This document shows positions 25,864 through 29,853 of a stretch of 29,853 nt of DNA, in pieces (the stretch's first letter is position 1; each line of letters begins with the position of its first letter). The notes below the pieces were generated by a model. The model was not told where the DNA came from. It saw only the letters and a list, made by a program, of their open reading frames with translations, and made no database searches. The position numbers and the translations under genes are program-made. Source of the DNA: Terrimicrobiaceae bacterium (lineage in GTDB: Bacteria > Verrucomicrobiota > Verrucomicrobiia > Chthoniobacterales > Terrimicrobiaceae); assembly GCA_041752695.1 (NCBI GenBank), contig JBGSVZ010000099.1, positions 1 through 29,853 on the forward strand, in the 5' to 3' direction.

Positions 25864-26450
25864 AACCGGTCCCGGAGGTGCATCGCGTTGCCGACGATCT
25901 TTTCATCTGGCACGGCTACAACCCCGACTGCAAAACCGACTGCTCCAGCGCCGCCGTCCAGACGCCCGGGGGCTTCGTTCTCATCGATCCCGTTCGACTG
26001 GAGAAGCAGGCCCTCGAAAGCATGTTGGGGGCCAACAAAGTCGCCGCCGTCCTGCTCACCAGCGGCAATCACTGGCGCGGTACCTCCTCCGAAAAAGAAC
26101 GCCACGCTGTTCCTGTCTATGCCCCGGAAGGCGCGCGCGGCGAGGTGCAGGCCGACCACTGGGTGAAGGACGGCGAGAGGCTCTTCGGCAAAATCCAAGC
26201 CATCGGGCTGCCGGGCGGTGGACCCGGCGAAACGGCCTACCTCATTCCCGGCGCGCTGATTATTGGCGACGCCCTTATCAACCTCGACGGCCTAGCGATT
26301 CTCCCGGACAAATACTGCGAGGACCCTCACCTCCTCCGTGAGTCATTAAAAGTGCTCCTGGCCCTCCACTACGACATCGTTTGCTTCGCCCACGGCCTGC
26401 CCATCGTGGACGGCAAGGGTGGTGCCGCCATCACGGCGCTGGTGGAATAG
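25860..26450 (+). CDS. Degenerate metallo-beta-lactamase-fold protein
   Basis: VLIDP, LLTSGNHWR in place of THxHxDH, PGGGPGE in place of PGHTPG, IIGDAL and CFAHG. ATGA overlap with the MscS gene. Confidence 0.7.
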   Translation: MKPVPEVHRVADDLFIWHGYNPDCKTDCSSAAVQTPGGFVLIDPVRLEKQALESMLGANKVAAVLLTSGNHWRGTSSEKERHAVPVYAPEGARGEVQADHWVKDGERLFGKIQAIGLPGGGPGETAYLIPGALIIGDALINLDGLAILPDKYCEDPHLLRESLKVLLALHYDIVCFAHGLPIVDGKGGAAITALVE

Positions 26451-26527
26451 GTGCGGCACAGTCCGTTTTTCGCCACGGAACGCGTTTGTGCTTGAATCCT
26501 TGGTGGAGAGTGCCAATAGCTTCCCTG

Positions 26528-26929
26528 ATGAAGATTTTCGCAGTCCTAACGGTGCTTGCAATTGGTTCACTGATGGCAGGTGAAGAACCACGCGATCTAG
26601 AAACCATAATCAATAATCGCAAAGACCTTCTCACAAAGATCGCTGCAATCTATGAGTATGAAGTAAAGAACCCTATGGGCTCAAGTAAACTCGAAAGCTT
26701 CCAGAACTTCAACGAAGCGAACCTGAATTTGCTCCGATTCTGCCGTGATACGGCCGCTACAAAAACGGAAAAAATCGAATGGCAAAAAAAGATTGTCCAA
26801 GAAGAAAAGAATTTTTGTGATCTGATAGAAGAGGGTTTTGAAATGGGCATGTTTCTTAAAGTTAATACCTTGCTGGCTGAGGAAAAAGTGCTCGCGGCCC
26901 AGCAAGACCTTCTTCAGATCGAACAGTGA
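26528..26929 (+). CDS. Low-GC secreted helical hypothetical protein
   Basis: Signal-peptide-like MKIFAVLTVLAIGSLMA; 133 aa; AT-rich (sampled 60-nt lines 28-42% GC). Confidence 0.65.
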   Translation: MKIFAVLTVLAIGSLMAGEEPRDLETIINNRKDLLTKIAAIYEYEVKNPMGSSKLESFQNFNEANLNLLRFCRDTAATKTEKIEWQKKIVQEEKNFCDLIEEGFEMGMFLKVNTLLAEEKVLAAQQDLLQIEQ

Positions 26930-27061
26930 GGCTGTCGGTGTAGTCCCGTTGGCTATGCGCTGACGTCGGGAATCCATCTCCTCCCAAAACTTTTTCACGC
27001 CCCGGCGCATCTCCAGCAGATGTGACCCCCTTAGTTTAACGTCTTCGGATCCTTCCGTTCC

Positions 27062-29212
27062 ATGCCCGCCGAAACCCACTCCCAAATCGCCAGTTTCATC
27101 TGGAGCATCTGCAACCTGCTCCGCGGCCCCTACAAGCGGAACGAGTACCGCAAGGTCATCCTGCCACTCACTGTACTGCGACGGTTCGACTGCATTCTCG
27201 CCCCGACGAAGGCCGCCGTGCTCAAGGAACACTCCGATATCAAGGCCAAGGGAGAAAACATCATCCGCCACCGGCTTTCCCTGATTACGAAGGTTCCCTT
27301 TTACAACCTTTCCAAATTTGTGATCGGAACGCCCGCTCCTGGGAGCGGTCTCAATGGCCTCCTCGACGATCCCAACCAGCTTGCCCCGAATCTCAATAGC
27401 TACATCAACGGCTTTTCCCCCAACATCCGGGCCATCATGGAGAGATTCGCCTTCGACGTTCAGATCGCCAAGATGGCGGAAAAGGATCTGCTTTTTCTCG
27501 TCGTCAAAAAGTTTGCCGCCATCGATCTCTCGCCGGAACGGGTCGATCCCATGCAGATGGGTTACGTCTTCGAGGAATTGATTCGGATCGGGGCGGAACA
27601 GTCGAACGAGGAGGCCGGGGAACACTTCACGCCCCGGGAGGTGATCAAGCTTATGGTCAATCTTCTCCTGTCCCCGGAGAAGGACCTCGCCCGCAGTCAT
27701 GTCGTCAAGACCATCTACGACCCCGCCTGCGGCACGGGCGGCATGGTGTCCATTGCCGAGAAATACATCCGCGACCTCAACTCCGACGCCCAGCCCAAGC
27801 TCTTCGGCCAGGACTGGAACGACGAAGCCTGGGCCGTCTGCAAGTCCGACATGCTCATCAAGGGCGAGGACGCCGATGCCGTCATTCTCGGCGACACCTT
27901 CACCAAGGACGGCTTCGACCGCACTGCCGACGGCAAGAAATGGACCTTCGACTACATGCTCGCCAATCCACCTTTCGGCGTGGAGTGGAAGCAGCAGCAG
28001 CGCTACATCGAAAACGAGCGAGACACGCTCGGCTTCAGCGGGCGCTTCGGCGCTGGCACACCCCGCGTGAATGACGGCGCGCTCCTCTTCCTCCAGCACA
28101 TGCTGGGCAAGATGCGCGCCCCGCAGGACGGCGGCAGCCGCCTCGCCATTGTCTTCAACGGTTCGCCCCTCTTCACCGGCGACGCCGGTGGAGGCGAGAG
28201 CGAGATCCGCCGCTGGATCATCGAGAACGACTGGCTGGAGGCCATTGTCGCCCTGCCCGAGCAACTCTTCTACAACACCGGCATCTCCACCTACCTCTGG
28301 GTGCTCACGAACCGGAAGGAAAAGGCCCGGAAGGCCAAAGTGCAGCTCATTGATGCCCGCCCGTTCTGGGTGCAGATGGAGAAAAGCCTGGGTAACAAAC
28401 GCCGCCGCATCGGCGACCCAGCCGACAAGGAGAAAGACCCCGACCACATCGGCGAGCTCACCAAAATCTTCGGCGACTTTCGCGATGGCCAGACGCGCAC
28501 CTTCACCGAGGAAGAACCCATTACGCACCGACCCATCCAACGTGAACGCGTCGTGAGCAAGATTTTCGACACCGAAGATTTCGGCTACCACAAGATCACC
28601 GTCGAGCGCCCGCTGCGGCTGAACTTCCAGGCCAGCGCCGAACGCCTCGCTCTGCTCGACGACGAGAGCGGCTTCAAGAACCTCGCCATCAGCGCGAAGA
28701 AAGACCCCGCCGTCCGCCAACGGGAAATCGAGGCCGGCCAGCAGCGACAGGAGCAAATCCGGGAACTGCTCCGCGCCTTCGGCAAAGCCACCAAGGGAAA
28801 GCTCTTCAAAGACCGCAAAGCCTTCCTCACCGAACTGCGCACCCTCGACCGCGAGCGCGACGTGCGCCTGAGCGCCCCGGAACTCAAGGCCGTGCTCGCC
28901 GCCCTCGGAGAGCGCGACGACACCGCCGAAATCTGCCGCGACCGCGACGGCCAGCCCGAGCCCGACGCTGACCTGCGCGACACCGAGACCGTGCCGCTCA
29001 AGGACACCATCGAAGCCTACTTCAAACGCGAAGTGCTGCCCCACGTGCCCGATGCGTGGATTGACACCACCAAGACCAAGGTCGGCTACGAAATCCCGCT
29101 CAATCGCCACTTCTACCGCTACGAGCCGCCGCGCCCGCTCGAAGTCATCGAGACCGACATCAAGCGCCTCGAAGACGACATCATGAAAATGCTCAAGGAA
29201 GTCACGGCGTGA
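27062..29212 (+). CDS. hsdM: Type I restriction-modification system methyltransferase subunit M (N6-adenine)
   Basis: FIWSICNLLRG...ILPLTVLRRFD, GEHFTPREVI, motif I YDPACGTGG, motif IV ANPPFG, FYNTGISTY and C-terminal VGYEIPLNRHFY. Confidence 0.96.
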   Translation: MPAETHSQIASFIWSICNLLRGPYKRNEYRKVILPLTVLRRFDCILAPTKAAVLKEHSDIKAKGENIIRHRLSLITKVPFYNLSKFVIGTPAPGSGLNGLLDDPNQLAPNLNSYINGFSPNIRAIMERFAFDVQIAKMAEKDLLFLVVKKFAAIDLSPERVDPMQMGYVFEELIRIGAEQSNEEAGEHFTPREVIKLMVNLLLSPEKDLARSHVVKTIYDPACGTGGMVSIAEKYIRDLNSDAQPKLFGQDWNDEAWAVCKSDMLIKGEDADAVILGDTFTKDGFDRTADGKKWTFDYMLANPPFGVEWKQQQRYIENERDTLGFSGRFGAGTPRVNDGALLFLQHMLGKMRAPQDGGSRLAIVFNGSPLFTGDAGGGESEIRRWIIENDWLEAIVALPEQLFYNTGISTYLWVLTNRKEKARKAKVQLIDARPFWVQMEKSLGNKRRRIGDPADKEKDPDHIGELTKIFGDFRDGQTRTFTEEEPITHRPIQRERVVSKIFDTEDFGYHKITVERPLRLNFQASAERLALLDDESGFKNLAISAKKDPAVRQREIEAGQQRQEQIRELLRAFGKATKGKLFKDRKAFLTELRTLDRERDVRLSAPELKAVLAALGERDDTAEICRDRDGQPEPDADLRDTETVPLKDTIEAYFKREVLPHVPDAWIDTTKTKVGYEIPLNRHFYRYEPPRPLEVIETDIKRLEDDIMKMLKEVTA

Positions 29213-29853
29213 AGCTCCCGGCCCATGCGCGTTACAAGCCCAGCGGCGTCGAATGGCTCGGCGACGTGCCGGAGCATTGGGCAGCTCAAGGAGTAAAGTT
29301 CTGCTACTCGATTCAACTTGGGAAGATGCTTCAGCCTGAGCCTGCCAGCCCGACGGACGACGAAGCTCCTTACTTGAAATCTCAGCACGTCCAGTGGGAA
29401 TATGTTCGCGTTGCGGAACTGCCGACCATGTGGACGAACAAGAAGGAGCGGCGGCAGTATGCCGTGATAGATGGCGACCTGCTTGTTTGCGAGGGCGGCG
29501 ATGTCGGCCGTGCAGCGATTGTTCGCGGCGCACCAGAAGGCACAATCATACAGAATGCCCTCCATCGAGTCAGACCGCAGGGAGAAAACGAAACTGACTT
29601 TCTGCTGTATGTTCTCGCCCACGCAGCATCCCAGGGCTGGCTCGAGATCGTCTGCAACAGGTCCACCATCGCGCATTTCACGGTAGAAAAGTTCGGCGCG
29701 TTGGGTGTCGCTCTCCCCACGCCCGCCGAGCAGCGATCCATCGTGGCGTTTCTGGACCGGGAGACGGGGCGGGTGGACCGGTTGGTGGCGAAGAAGCGGG
29801 AGTTGATCGAGCGGCTGAAGGAGAAGCGCACCGCGCTCATCTCCCGCACCGTC
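29209..29853 (+). CDS. hsdS: Type I R-M specificity subunit S (5' part; runs off the window end)
   Basis: Not in the ORF track because it has no stop. The GTG at 29209 overlaps the hsdM stop (GTGA). Translated by hand: MKLPAHARYKPSGVEWLGDVPEHW...GDLLVCEGGDVGRAAI...QNALHRVR...LPTPAEQRSIVAFLDRETGRVDRLVAKKRELIERLKEKRTALISRTV (TRD1 plus conserved helix). Confidence 0.95.
   Translation, partial: MKLPAHARYKPSGVEWLGDVPEHWAAQGVKFCYSIQLGKMLQPEPASPTDDEAPYLKSQHVQWEYVRVAELPTMWTNKKERRQYAVIDGDLLVCEGGDVGRAAIVRGAPEGTIIQNALHRVRPQGENETDFLLYVLAHAASQGWLEIVCNRSTIAHFTVEKFGALGVALPTPAEQRSIVAFLDRETGRVDRLVAKKRELIERLKEKRTALISRTV

Noticed and set aside
26681..29545. 954-aa minus-strand ORF
   Set aside because: It is the antisense shadow of hsdM/hsdS, expected from strong C-ending codon bias, and has no recognisable motifs.
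1..29853. CRISPR arrays, tRNA/rRNA genes, transposases, prophage genes
   Set aside because: Intergenic gaps are all about 200 bp or less and show no spaced repeats or cloverleaf motifs. No mobile-element proteins were recognised.

Overview
This is a gene-dense, GC-rich (roughly 60%, estimated by eye) bacterial chromosomal window. It is probably from a Verrucomicrobiota genome, inferred from the EF-G N-terminus, a C-terminal '...RFYKV' domain on a secreted enzyme, and pyrimidine-rich start regions lacking Shine-Dalgarno (SD) sequences. Gene order: partial MDR-family alcohol dehydrogenase, Hyi-like isomerase, ABC ATPase and permease, ruvB, MtnX-like HAD phosphatase, glycerol-1-phosphate dehydrogenase-like enzyme, secreted hypothetical, pyk, secreted GH16 with tandem N-terminal modules, GT4 fused to an (alpha/alpha)6-like domain and coupled to GH130, transglutaminase-like / M20 amidohydrolase / transglutaminase-like, AraC regulator divergent from a secreted GH30-like multi-Ig protein, small hypothetical, stand-alone fusA with a strong terminator, MscS-cNMP channel, degenerate MBL-fold protein, low-GC secreted orphan, and the start of a type I R-M locus (hsdM, partial hsdS). 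I saw no tRNA, rRNA, CRISPR array, integrase or transposase. The most interesting items are the GT4-(alpha/alpha)6/GH130 pair, the AraC/GH30-like unit with 21-bp-phased direct repeats, the TG-M20-TG module, the HAD/G1PDH pair, a recurring leaderless-type promoter geometry, and a 16-codon mini-ORF or frameshift between the ABC genes. All family calls come from motif recognition by eye; no database searches were run.
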